A DNA stretch of 64,000 bases, taken from positions 1 to 64,000 of IMG/VR virus record IMGVR_UViG_3300021959_008125, one strand, 5' to 3'. The position numbers and the translations under genes were made by a program. Numbering within the stretch: the first letter of the stretch is position 1; every line of letters starts with the position of its first letter. Positions 10,518 through 20,275 of this stretch are shown here, piece by piece. Under the pieces are notes generated by a model. The model was given only the letters and a program-made list of their open reading frames with translations. It searched no databases and was not told the DNA's origin. The stretch comes from a virus.

Positions 10518-11531
10518 ATGGCTAATAGATATTTTTATGTAAGATTATCCGGAGGAGGACTACCAGGTACAGATTACTCTGTATTCTACTCAGGTAGCTC
10601 TTACACAAAAACTTTAGCCAAAAGAGAGTCTAATGATGCAGATGCTGATGATTTAACTTACGACGAGTTAACAACAGCTAATAATGGACAAGGTACTCTT
10701 ATATATACACCAGAATTTATAGATTACATTCTTATAGAAGACAATCAAACAGGATTAGGATGCCCTCCAGCAACTAGCGATATTGGTAATGCAATATATA
10801 CATCATTTGATGCTACTTGGGGAACTTCTCAAGACTGTTGTACATCTGGTTCTAATAACATCCCGGTTTGGCACGATGGTTCAGGAAGTATCCCTCCTGC
10901 TAGGAATCCACAAACACATTTTAAAAGTGGACTTCAATACACTCTTCCTAGTCAAATATTTTTAAATCCTAAGATTACTAAACCTCTTCTTAAAAAAGCA
11001 GGGTATCATAGTCTATCATCAACACGTGGTAATACTAATGATGCTTTTATGAAGATTGACCTGAAAGGTATAGTTATAGAATCCGGTAAATGTAATTTTT
11101 GCTATACATACAGAATAACTAACTTCTCTAATATTTCTGGTACTACGATTGGGTATGACTATACAGATTGTGATACAACAAATCCTGCATCAGATACCTT
11201 AGCTCCTGGGCAGACTATCAATGTATGTTCGTTAACTGAACCTGTACTCACAACTAAAAAAGCGTTCGCTAGGGTTGAAAACTTACAGTACTTTTGTGAC
11301 TGTAATCCATATGATTTAAAATATTCTAACGTATCGGCAGGTGATGCTTGTACAGCAACTAACACTACATATTATATAGATGAACAAACTTTTTGCTCTT
11401 CTACTAACATTTATACAAATTCAAATTGTTCTACTTTAGCCTCTGCGGGATACTACTCTGATGGTAATTTTGTTAGGTACTGGGATGGAACAGCATTTAC
11501 AGATCCATGTTATAGTTGCGGTGCATATTAA
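10518..11531 (+). CDS. Cys-rich virion/decoration protein
   Basis: Many Cys; YTDC...INVCS and IYTNSNC...AGYYSDG...YWDG modules shared with neighbouring genes. Confidence 0.5.
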   Translation: MANRYFYVRLSGGGLPGTDYSVFYSGSSYTKTLAKRESNDADADDLTYDELTTANNGQGTLIYTPEFIDYILIEDNQTGLGCPPATSDIGNAIYTSFDATWGTSQDCCTSGSNNIPVWHDGSGSIPPARNPQTHFKSGLQYTLPSQIFLNPKITKPLLKKAGYHSLSSTRGNTNDAFMKIDLKGIVIESGKCNFCYTYRITNFSNISGTTIGYDYTDCDTTNPASDTLAPGQTINVCSLTEPVLTTKKAFARVENLQYFCDCNPYDLKYSNVSAGDACTATNTTYYIDEQTFCSSTNIYTNSNCSTLASAGYYSDGNFVRYWDGTAFTDPCYSCGAY

Positions 11532-11545
11532 AATAAAAAATAGTT

Positions 11546-12091
11546 ATGAATAAAATTGAAGAAATACTCAAAGCATGGAATATCAGCTTTAGTCCTAATG
11601 AAGCACAAGCTCAACTTGCAGCAGAAAGATTAACTGTATGTGATCTATGCGAATTTAAAGTAACTAATTTAGGATTAAAAAGATGTAAGGTATGTGGATG
11701 CGCACTAAAGGGTAAAGTTTTCTCCCCGGTAAAAGGAGCATGCCCTAAAGGAAAGTGGGATGATATAGATGATAAATATAATTTTAAAGAAGCTCGTAAG
11801 TTTAATACCGGTGGTTATACTTTAAATTTAGACTGGACTTATGAATGGAAAGAAATTTTACAAGAAATTCCTAGTGTTTCTGAAATATCTTTCATACTTT
11901 TAACTATAGTGGATAATAGAGGGACTATGTTAACTACAAGACGGCTTACTTCTATCCCCGTATTAAACGGTGAAATTACAAAAGCAGTTGTAAAAGTAGA
12001 ATCTAACATTAAACCAGTTACTGCTGTGCTATCAATATACGATAGAAGAAAAAAAGAAGTTACTAGAAAGTACTTAGATATAAAAATTTAA
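11546..12091 (+). CDS. Hypothetical protein with N-terminal Cys-rich zinc-finger-like domain
   Basis: R..CDLC...RCKVCGC..K......CPKGKW. Confidence 0.55.
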   Translation: MNKIEEILKAWNISFSPNEAQAQLAAERLTVCDLCEFKVTNLGLKRCKVCGCALKGKVFSPVKGACPKGKWDDIDDKYNFKEARKFNTGGYTLNLDWTYEWKEILQEIPSVSEISFILLTIVDNRGTMLTTRRLTSIPVLNGEITKAVVKVESNIKPVTAVLSIYDRRKKEVTRKYLDIKI

Positions 12092-12093
12092 AA

Positions 12094-12648
12094 ATGGGTT
12101 TTAGTTTAAAAGGAGATTTTGATACAAGTTACGGAAGTGCTACAAATATTTATATTACTATAGGCAGCTTCCACTTTAAAAAATATACAGGTATAGTCTT
12201 TTTTAATTATACTTACTGGATAAACAAAAGCTATGCAGATAAGTACTATATAAAATACGAAGGTCAAGATACAATACCTGAACCTACAGGTAAACTTTCA
12301 GAAAGAATAGTAATTTACCCACAAGATAACAGCCAACCCAGAGACTACATTTTACCTCATGGGTTAGAGTTTTTTCTAGGTGAAGAACAAGAAGTTGAGG
12401 TTCCTAAAATAAATGTAATAGAAAAGAAAGAACAGGTTCCATTTATTACTTTCGATAAAGAAGGTAATGAAATTATATCCTACAGAGAAGAATTAACTAC
12501 TACAGAACAGATTAGTAATGAATCTGTAATAGAAAAAAGAAAAGTTTTAGATCTATCTATGCTTAATAATATTTATTCGTATGGGTATTCTAATATCAAA
12601 AAACATTTATCAAGTGTTTTTAGTGAAGATAGTTTTATAGAAGAATAG
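12094..12648 (+). CDS. Hypothetical phage protein
   Basis: Intact 184-aa ORF, tightly packed in operon. Confidence 0.5.
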   Translation: MGFSLKGDFDTSYGSATNIYITIGSFHFKKYTGIVFFNYTYWINKSYADKYYIKYEGQDTIPEPTGKLSERIVIYPQDNSQPRDYILPHGLEFFLGEEQEVEVPKINVIEKKEQVPFITFDKEGNEIISYREELTTTEQISNESVIEKRKVLDLSMLNNIYSYGYSNIKKHLSSVFSEDSFIEE

Positions 12649-12650
12649 TT

Positions 12651-13520
12651 TTGAATACAGTTTGGGTTTTAGAGAATATTAAGGGAAACCTTAATTCAAA
12701 AGATAATTATGCTAATAGTAAGTTAAACATACTACTACTCCTTGCATCAGTTTACTTATGGAAAAAAAACCATAGACAGGATAAATGTATTTTATATGCT
12801 GATGATTTAACTATAGATATACTATTAAAATTAAAAGTTTTAGACTTTTGGGATTCTATACGTCCTATGCCTACAACAAGGAGAATAGATAAAGAAGTAT
12901 TTTGGGCTTCACCTAAATTGGAAGTTTTAGCACAGCTAGACGAACCAGCTATTCTAATGGATAATGATACCCACGTCTACATCCCTTTGAGAGACTTTTT
13001 AAATAAAGATACTCTATATGTAATGCATTACGAGAACGGAGGTGGATATTATCCTAGTAGTGTGGATAAATACGTAAAACAGTTGACTTTTAAAAGAAGG
13101 TGGGAAACTGATTCTGTAAATGTAGGGTTCTTACACTTACCTGATCCAACTTTTACAAAGAAGTATGCAAATCAGAGTCTAGACATTATGGAAGAATTTA
13201 CCAAAATGGGAGTAAAAAACTCTCTTTATCTTATTTTCAGTGAACAGCTTTTACTAAAGACAATGTTAGAAGAAGAAAAAATAAAATATAAACCACTACT
13301 TTCTACTTACTACAACTGTAGAGAATGGGAATGGGGGGATGATCATCAAGAAGGTATATGGACATTTAAAGATTCGGGTGAATTTGTTAAACATTACGGA
13401 CCTTTGAAAAGAGATATAAAAGATAATAAAGGAAATCTAAATTACGAAAGTGAAATATCGCATTTACTTAATTGTATTAGACTCCCACATTTAGATTTAA
13501 GCATAATACCAGGAAGATAA
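12651..13520 (+). CDS. Putative GT-A nucleotide-sugar transferase (DUF6734-like)
   Basis: FWASPKL...ILMDND (DxD)...NVGFL...FSEQLLL. Confidence 0.6.
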   Translation: MNTVWVLENIKGNLNSKDNYANSKLNILLLLASVYLWKKNHRQDKCILYADDLTIDILLKLKVLDFWDSIRPMPTTRRIDKEVFWASPKLEVLAQLDEPAILMDNDTHVYIPLRDFLNKDTLYVMHYENGGGYYPSSVDKYVKQLTFKRRWETDSVNVGFLHLPDPTFTKKYANQSLDIMEEFTKMGVKNSLYLIFSEQLLLKTMLEEEKIKYKPLLSTYYNCREWEWGDDHQEGIWTFKDSGEFVKHYGPLKRDIKDNKGNLNYESEISHLLNCIRLPHLDLSIIPGR

Positions 13521-14281
13521 TGGGATTATTAGATAAAGAATTTATTAGACAATTTTTAACCAACAACCCTGAAAAAGTTAAAGATGCTGACGGTAAGATA
13601 AATACAGTTTTTAAATCCGTACCTTATAGATGGACTCACGGAGCTACCGACTTTCATTTAGGGGATGGGCTACTTATGTACGCTATTATACAGTTGATGA
13701 GGTATAAGAGTCTAGTATGTTTAGGATCCGGTGGAGGATTTATTCCTCGTATAATGACACAAGCAAGACTTGATCTACACGATCAAGAAATCTTTTCTGG
13801 TGATAAAGACTATAATCACGGTGATATAGGTGTAACATACCTTGTCGATGCAGCTAACGGTGTAGGAGGTAATATAGATTATTTAGAAAAAGATTCTTTC
13901 TTTAGATACCAATTTGCACCAAGATTCATAAAAGAAACAACTGAAAAAGCTTTCTACGATTTTTTCGTAAAACAAGATATTAAGATTGACTTTCTACATA
14001 TAGATGCAGGACATTCTTACGAAGACGTTAAAAGAGACTTTGAACTATATTCGACACTACTATCAGATTATGGAATGATATCAATTCACGATACTGATAA
14101 AAGATACCAAAAAGAATTTATAGTAACGGAAGATGAAAAAGAATACTTCCAAGAATGGGATGGACCAACAAAATTTATACAAGAAATAGGACCTGAATGG
14201 AAACAGTTTAATTTTTTTAATACCGGTATTCATCCTATGAAACCAGCCTCAACAGGATTAACATTATTACAGCGTGCCTAA
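13520..14281 (+). CDS. Class I SAM-dependent methyltransferase (Methyltransf_24-like)
   Basis: VCLGSGGG; IDFLHIDAGHSYEDVKRDF; GMISIHDT. Confidence 0.85.
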   Translation: MGLLDKEFIRQFLTNNPEKVKDADGKINTVFKSVPYRWTHGATDFHLGDGLLMYAIIQLMRYKSLVCLGSGGGFIPRIMTQARLDLHDQEIFSGDKDYNHGDIGVTYLVDAANGVGGNIDYLEKDSFFRYQFAPRFIKETTEKAFYDFFVKQDIKIDFLHIDAGHSYEDVKRDFELYSTLLSDYGMISIHDTDKRYQKEFIVTEDEKEYFQEWDGPTKFIQEIGPEWKQFNFFNTGIHPMKPASTGLTLLQRA

Positions 14282-15104
14282 TTTAGTAACAGTAGTCGGA
14301 GAAAATACGCACATCTTACCTCATATGTTAAAGCATTATGAAGATAAGGTTGATAAGATGTTTGTTGTAGTGTATCGTCAAAAAGATGATGATAAGATAT
14401 TAGAACAAGTTGAAGAGTTAGGTATTACTCCTTTTTGGGTAGTAACAGAACCTAAATATAAGTGGGATAGAGTTACAGATATCTACAATACTATAAAACT
14501 TAGACATCCAAATGAATGGTGGATAGTATCGGACGATGATGAACTTCAATTATATCCGTATGATATAGAAGATATTATAAAGCACTGTGAAAATAAAGGT
14601 TATGACTTTGTAACAGGTGGGTTCTTAGATAGAATAGGCCCTAATGGTACTTTCCCGGAAGTTACTAGAGAGACGGATTTACACAAAGCCTTCCCTTACG
14701 GAGGATTTTTTAGATATCCGATGTCTGGTGCTTGCCCAAATAAAGTGACTTTAATGAAAGGTTATCAATCTATTACTTCTGGACAGCATTATGCTAAATT
14801 TACTGATGGGACTAATAGCTGGGGTACTTCACATCCTAAAAGAATGCCTGTACAAGACTGCTTTACACAAGTACACCACTTTAAATGGGATTCAACTTGT
14901 GTGGATAGAATCAAAAAAGTAGCAGATGTAAAAAAGAAATACGCCTACTCAGAGGAATATGAAAAAATGTATCATGCTATCAAAATGTTTGATTTTAAAA
15001 TTGATATCAATAATCCTGAATTTATGTTTGAGAAATTGCAAAATTTTTCTTATATTGAGTATATAAAATGGAATAAATTAACAGATTTAATAATTAAAGT
15101 ATGA
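14274..15104 (+). CDS. Glycosyltransferase family 2-like (Glyco_tranf_2_4 type)
   Basis: LPHMLKHY; WWIVSDDDEL; GQH; VHHFKW. Confidence 0.75.
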   Translation: MPNLVTVVGENTHILPHMLKHYEDKVDKMFVVVYRQKDDDKILEQVEELGITPFWVVTEPKYKWDRVTDIYNTIKLRHPNEWWIVSDDDELQLYPYDIEDIIKHCENKGYDFVTGGFLDRIGPNGTFPEVTRETDLHKAFPYGGFFRYPMSGACPNKVTLMKGYQSITSGQHYAKFTDGTNSWGTSHPKRMPVQDCFTQVHHFKWDSTCVDRIKKVADVKKKYAYSEEYEKMYHAIKMFDFKIDINNPEFMFEKLQNFSYIEYIKWNKLTDLIIKV

Positions 15105-15301
15105 GCAAAGTTAGTGAATCAAAAGTAGATTCGTTATTGTTAGAAGAGCGAAAAGTAGTAGCTCTTGAAAAAATTGCAACAACATTAGATGCCCTTACTG
15201 TTTGGTTTGAAGAAATCGACAAAGATGAGTGGAGTGAAAGACTTCAATGGTATCTTGCTTTATGGAAAGAAAAGTATATTGGTGACGATGTAGATGTATA
15301 A
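15101..15301 (+). CDS. Small Trp-rich hypothetical protein
   Basis: 66 aa, overlaps both neighbours (translational coupling). Confidence 0.55.
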   Translation: MSKVSESKVDSLLLEERKVVALEKIATTLDALTVWFEEIDKDEWSERLQWYLALWKEKYIGDDVDV

Positions 15302-16706
15302 ACTTGGAGTTATAGTTCCCTACCGTAATAGGGAAAAACAACTACCTGTTTTTATAGATTCAATATCCAAATATCTTCAAGAGCAAGACATACAGTTTGA
15401 GATAATAATTGTCGAGCAAGCTGATGACCTAGACTTTAATAGAGCAAAGCTATTAAATATTGGGTTTTTAAAAGCAGAAAAGCTTGGGTGTGATTATGTC
15501 GTATTTCACGATGTAGACATGATACCTCTACAAGCCGACTATTCTTATTCTAATAAACCTCAACATCTTATCACAGACTTTGATTTACCAGACGGTATTT
15601 CTAGAACTTTATTTGATGAATATTTTGGTGGAGTAACTTTATTTAATACTAAAACATTCAAACGTATTAACGGTTACTCAAATAAGTATTACGGTTGGGG
15701 GTTCGAAGATGATGATCTCTTTCTTAGATGTCAAGAGAATTATGTTAAACTATCAGAGAAAAAATATATTAATAAAACAAAAGACGGATTATCTTTAGAA
15801 TTTAACGGACAGAACAGTTTTGTTACCTGTCCTAATTTTTTTAAACCAGGTAAATCCTATAGTATTTTTCTGACGTTCGAAATTATACCATTCTTATTAG
15901 ACCCAGACAAAGCCTATGATGAGTACAGTATATTTTCTATAGCCGGGTATGATATAGCTCTTAATGTAAATTCTTTTAGAGATATACTATTTCAATTCTG
16001 GAAATCAGATTATAGTTCTATAAGTATAACAAGTAAGGATAAGTATCATCCTTGTTCTCTCAATGTATGTATTGTTATAAATGAAGATTCAAGACCTAAT
16101 AGAGTAGATTTTTATATTAACGGAGAACTACAGGGAGTTAACACTTATGATACATTATTAGATATTTCTTTAAATAAGTACTTCTACTTAGGTGTTGGAG
16201 ATCCAAATAGAGATCTAGTCAATAACTACTTTAAAGGAAATATAGATAGTTTTTGTGTTGTGTCTCAAGCACTAGACTCTAAGCAGATTAAGATAATCTC
16301 GGAAGATAAACATAATAACTACTTTAAACACATTAATCAGAGGTACTTAGAGTGTTACTATGATAGCAAATTTATATCTGATAAAAAGCTTATAGATTTA
16401 AGTAAACATAAAAGACATGGTGTTATTTTTAATTGTAAGCAAATCGAAGTAGCTAGAGACAATGAAGTTTCTATTCCTATTCCAAATAGAAGAAAAGGAC
16501 TATTCAAAGTTTTAGAGCATCAAGAAAACGGATATAAAGACGGGTATTGGGTAAATTGGAACACTAGAGATCACCAGATACAGTACTTTAAACAGTATTT
16601 AGAACAGCGTACCAATTATAGAATAGACGGTTTAACTACTCTAGAATACAAAACAATCTCTGATAGGGATCTAGGTATGTATAGACATTTAAAAGTAGAG
16701 TTATGA
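15294..16706 (+). CDS. GT7 (beta-1,4-galactosyltransferase-like) glycosyltransferase with inserted LamG/ConA-like domain
   Basis: IVPYRNR, FNRAKLLNIG, FHDVD, YFGGV, NGYSN.YYGWGFEDDD; insert FNGQNSFV...YINGEL...FKGNID; GT7 tail H...DGL..LEY. Confidence 0.85.
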   Translation: MYKLGVIVPYRNREKQLPVFIDSISKYLQEQDIQFEIIIVEQADDLDFNRAKLLNIGFLKAEKLGCDYVVFHDVDMIPLQADYSYSNKPQHLITDFDLPDGISRTLFDEYFGGVTLFNTKTFKRINGYSNKYYGWGFEDDDLFLRCQENYVKLSEKKYINKTKDGLSLEFNGQNSFVTCPNFFKPGKSYSIFLTFEIIPFLLDPDKAYDEYSIFSIAGYDIALNVNSFRDILFQFWKSDYSSISITSKDKYHPCSLNVCIVINEDSRPNRVDFYINGELQGVNTYDTLLDISLNKYFYLGVGDPNRDLVNNYFKGNIDSFCVVSQALDSKQIKIISEDKHNNYFKHINQRYLECYYDSKFISDKKLIDLSKHKRHGVIFNCKQIEVARDNEVSIPIPNRRKGLFKVLEHQENGYKDGYWVNWNTRDHQIQYFKQYLEQRTNYRIDGLTTLEYKTISDRDLGMYRHLKVEL

Positions 16707-18100
16707 AATTAGGAGTATGTGTTCCATATAGAAATAGAGCAGCTCATTTAAAAGAGTTTATTCCTAGAGTTGGTAAACATCTTGAGGAACAAGGTATTCA
16801 TTACCATATATACTTTGCTCATCAAGTTGATGATAAACTTTTCAATAGAGGAGCTACTAAAAATATTGCTGCTAAACACGCCTTCGAAGACGGATGTGAC
16901 TACATTGTATGGCATGATATTGATATGATACCAGAAGAAGGCGTAGATTACTCATACCCAGATAAATATCCTATACATCTTGCAACTAGAATATCTCAAA
17001 TGGGATATAGATTAAAGTACCATGAATATTTTGGTGGTGCAGTACTATTCAATAAAGAACACGTAGAAAAAACTAATGGCTACTCAAATGACTATTGGGA
17101 TTGGGGTATGGAAGATGATGATTTATTTTGGAGATGTCATCTTGAAGGATTAACAAATGATACTTACTTACCATATAAAGATAAGGCTAAAGCATATATC
17201 GGTTTTAACGGTAAAGACTCTTGGGCGCAAACTCCTAAGTCTAGAGATTTATTAAAATTTACTTCAAAGACTCATACTATAACAGCACTAGTCAGACCTT
17301 ATCAGCAACCTCAGAAAGTTGATGAGTACCTTATTGGTGGTAAGAATAAAAGATATGTAGAATATCCTATAGTTAGAATGCCCGGTTATGATTACGGTTT
17401 TGCTTTTAATAACTCTAGAGCTTTAACTTTACAGTTTTGGAATAAAGAAAATCAACACAACTACATGTGGTTAAAAAGATACTCAGGACAATGGAGTTAT
17501 ATTACTGCAGTTATAAACCAAGAAACTAAAAAAGCTCATTTTTATTTAAACGGTAGTCAAGTAGATACCAGAGCTGGGCAAGGAAGTCCTTCCCCTCTTA
17601 AGTTTAAAGGAGATCTTAAAAAGTATTTTAACAGTAGTCTATTTCTAGGAACTACGCCTTCTTTACCTGAAGAAGATCCCGGTAAGTACTTTAAAGGAGA
17701 TATAGCAGATGTAGCAGTTTGGGACAGAGCATTATCTGATGAAGAAATTAAAAACTTACATATTGAAAAACCTAACGATAATCTTGTTTATGATTTAAAT
17801 ATTTCGTATCTTAAGATGAAGAACTGTGACCTTAAGACAGAAGTAATTAAGGTACCTAATTCTATTATTCCACATAGAAAGTTAGGTAGGTTTGAATGTC
17901 TACCTCATAAAGATGAAGGATTAGTAAACGGTAAATGGGCAAAAGGAGAAACAACAGCACGTAATGAACGAAGATACGTATTAGAAATGCAAAAAGGTAG
18001 TTGGGATTATAAAAATGACGGTATTAAACAGTTAGAATATAAATTAGTAGATAAGATAAATATTACTCCTAAAGCTACTATGATTAACATAGAACTATGA
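16703..18100 (+). CDS. Second GT7 glycosyltransferase with inserted LamG domain
   Basis: VPYRNR, FNRG, WHDID, YFGGA, NGYSNDYWDWGMEDDD; LamG motifs FYLNG, FKGDIADVAVWDRALSDEEI. Confidence 0.85.
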   Translation: MKLGVCVPYRNRAAHLKEFIPRVGKHLEEQGIHYHIYFAHQVDDKLFNRGATKNIAAKHAFEDGCDYIVWHDIDMIPEEGVDYSYPDKYPIHLATRISQMGYRLKYHEYFGGAVLFNKEHVEKTNGYSNDYWDWGMEDDDLFWRCHLEGLTNDTYLPYKDKAKAYIGFNGKDSWAQTPKSRDLLKFTSKTHTITALVRPYQQPQKVDEYLIGGKNKRYVEYPIVRMPGYDYGFAFNNSRALTLQFWNKENQHNYMWLKRYSGQWSYITAVINQETKKAHFYLNGSQVDTRAGQGSPSPLKFKGDLKKYFNSSLFLGTTPSLPEEDPGKYFKGDIADVAVWDRALSDEEIKNLHIEKPNDNLVYDLNISYLKMKNCDLKTEVIKVPNSIIPHRKLGRFECLPHKDEGLVNGKWAKGETTARNERRYVLEMQKGSWDYKNDGIKQLEYKLVDKINITPKATMINIEL

Positions 18101-19518
18101 AAGAAGATAAAGAAATAAAATTTGATAACCCAGATTACGCTTATACTAAAGGTAAGTTAGATTCGATAAGTTCATGTATGTGTTTAGCTAAATGGACTCA
18201 GTCTACTATACATTTACAGATGGGTAGAACGCATTCATGTCACCACCCTTCTACTCACAAAATACCTCTATCTGAACTGACTAGAAATCCTTCTGCATTA
18301 CATAATACAAGATTTAAAAAGCAGAGAAGAAAAGAAATGATAGATGGAGTAAGACCTAAAGAATGTGATTTCTGCTGGAATGTTGAAGATAATTCACAGC
18401 AATATTCTGATAGAGTTTTTAAATCTAATGAAAGCTGGTCAAGACCTTATTTTGAAGAAATAAAAAATTTAGGTTGGAGAGGAGATTATAATCCTAAGTA
18501 TGTAGAAGTAGCATTCTCTAATGCATGTAACTTTAAATGTTCTTACTGTGGACCTTCTTTTTCTTCTACTTGGGTTCAAGAGGCTAAAAAATTCGGTCCA
18601 TACCCAACTGATGACAGCTTCAATGATTTAGAGTATTTAAAGTCAACCGGTCAAATGCCGATACATCATACAGAACATAACCCTTATGTCGAAGCATTTT
18701 GGAAATGGTGGCCGGATTTATATAGAGATTTACATACTTTTAGAATTACTGGTGGTGAACCTCTTTTATCTAAAGACACATGGAAAATTTTAGATTTTAT
18801 TTTAGAACAAAAAGATCCTAATAATAACCTAAACTTAGCTATTAACTCTAATTTAGGAATACCAGACGACTTAGTAGATAAACTAATAGATAAGATTCAA
18901 AGAATTACCGAAGAAGACAGAGTACGAGAATTTATTATATTTACATCTGTGGAAGCTTGGGGAGAACAAGCTGAATATATTAGAAACGGATTAGAATTTA
19001 ACAGATTTTGGGATAATTTAAATAAAATATTAACTAAATGCCCTAGAGTTACTGTAACAGTAATGTCTACTTTCAATGCATTATCAGTACCTTCTTATAA
19101 AAAACTAGCTCAAGGTATATATGGCCTTAAAAAAGAATACGCTTCCACAGATAGGTACTGGGTATCTGCTGTATTTTTAGATTCTTCTTACTTGAGACAC
19201 CCGTCTCATCAAACATTACAAATATTAGAAGATAAATGGCACCCAGTGTTATTAGATACCTGTCAGTACATAGACTTTTTAGGGATACCTAAATTCGATA
19301 ATAGGCTAGTAGGATTCTCAGATGTTGAAGTTCAAAAAATTAAACGTTCTTATGATTGGATGATATCTAAATTTAAAGATCCTGAAAAAATTATGAAACA
19401 GAGATCTAATTTTGGTAGATATTTTAGAGCGCATGATGAAAGGAGAGGAACAGATTTTTGTAAAACATTCCCTGAACTTGCTGATTTTTATAATCAATGT
19501 CTAACTATAAGATATTAA
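18097..19518 (+). CDS. Radical SAM protein with N-terminal twitch/SPASM-like domain
   Basis: CLAKW...HSCH...CDFCW N-terminal cluster; CNFKCSYC; GGEPL. Confidence 0.88.
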   Translation: MKEDKEIKFDNPDYAYTKGKLDSISSCMCLAKWTQSTIHLQMGRTHSCHHPSTHKIPLSELTRNPSALHNTRFKKQRRKEMIDGVRPKECDFCWNVEDNSQQYSDRVFKSNESWSRPYFEEIKNLGWRGDYNPKYVEVAFSNACNFKCSYCGPSFSSTWVQEAKKFGPYPTDDSFNDLEYLKSTGQMPIHHTEHNPYVEAFWKWWPDLYRDLHTFRITGGEPLLSKDTWKILDFILEQKDPNNNLNLAINSNLGIPDDLVDKLIDKIQRITEEDRVREFIIFTSVEAWGEQAEYIRNGLEFNRFWDNLNKILTKCPRVTVTVMSTFNALSVPSYKKLAQGIYGLKKEYASTDRYWVSAVFLDSSYLRHPSHQTLQILEDKWHPVLLDTCQYIDFLGIPKFDNRLVGFSDVEVQKIKRSYDWMISKFKDPEKIMKQRSNFGRYFRAHDERRGTDFCKTFPELADFYNQCLTIRY

Positions 19519-19519
19519 T

Positions 19520-20275
19520 ATGAAAATAGATAAAAATAATACTTTTTTATTTCACAATGTGGATAGACATGGTTTAATTTTTAATCATGTTAGAGATATG
19601 ATTGTAGGGGAATTTACACTTTTGATAGAGTTTAAACCTGATATTGAACACATTAGAGAAAAACTTAACACAGAACCTAACTACCAGCAATGTATAGTCG
19701 GTAAAAACGGTAAACACACAGGACTTTTTATATGTGCTTATGATATAGATGGGGAACCTCATTTAAATTTAGAGTACCAATGGTGGCAAAATCCATTATG
19801 GGAGCAAAATCAAAACCCTGAAGAAGACGAATTTAAAAATGTTATAGTGCCAATTAAAGTAGATGTCGACAGCACTTATAGAGTTATTGTTCAAAAGACT
19901 AAAAAAGAAATATCTGTTGAATGTAATTTAAATAAAAAATCATTAGAGTTTGACAGTATTATTGATTATTCTAACTCGCTTATGTGGTTAGGAGCAGCGA
20001 ACAGGTTAAACGACACACCAGACATTGAAGACCCCTATAATAACATTTTTACAGGAGAGATATTAAAAATGCATCTTCAAGAAAAATCAATAGAGCACGA
20101 ACATATAAAATTATTTTTTGATGATTATAATAAATTTTTAGATTTAAAATTAGATGTTAAAAAAAATAAAGTATTTTTTACTTCTGACTTTAGTAACATT
20201 ACTCCGTATAAGATTTTAGATCAATCAGGAAATGGTAATCACCCTATAATTTTTAGATTAGAATGGCTGCTGTAA
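19520..20275 (+). CDS. Stand-alone LamG/ConA-like domain protein
   Basis: IVGKNGKHTGL, MWLGAAN, FTGEI, ILDQSGNGNHP. Confidence 0.6.
   Translation: MKIDKNNTFLFHNVDRHGLIFNHVRDMIVGEFTLLIEFKPDIEHIREKLNTEPNYQQCIVGKNGKHTGLFICAYDIDGEPHLNLEYQWWQNPLWEQNQNPEEDEFKNVIVPIKVDVDSTYRVIVQKTKKEISVECNLNKKSLEFDSIIDYSNSLMWLGAANRLNDTPDIEDPYNNIFTGEILKMHLQEKSIEHEHIKLFFDDYNKFLDLKLDVKKNKVFFTSDFSNITPYKILDQSGNGNHPIIFRLEWLL

Noticed and set aside
15101-15301. Trp-rich 66-aa ORF as a RiPP precursor for the radical SAM enzymes
   Set aside because: No leader/core organisation, peptidase or transporter; looks like a small helical protein
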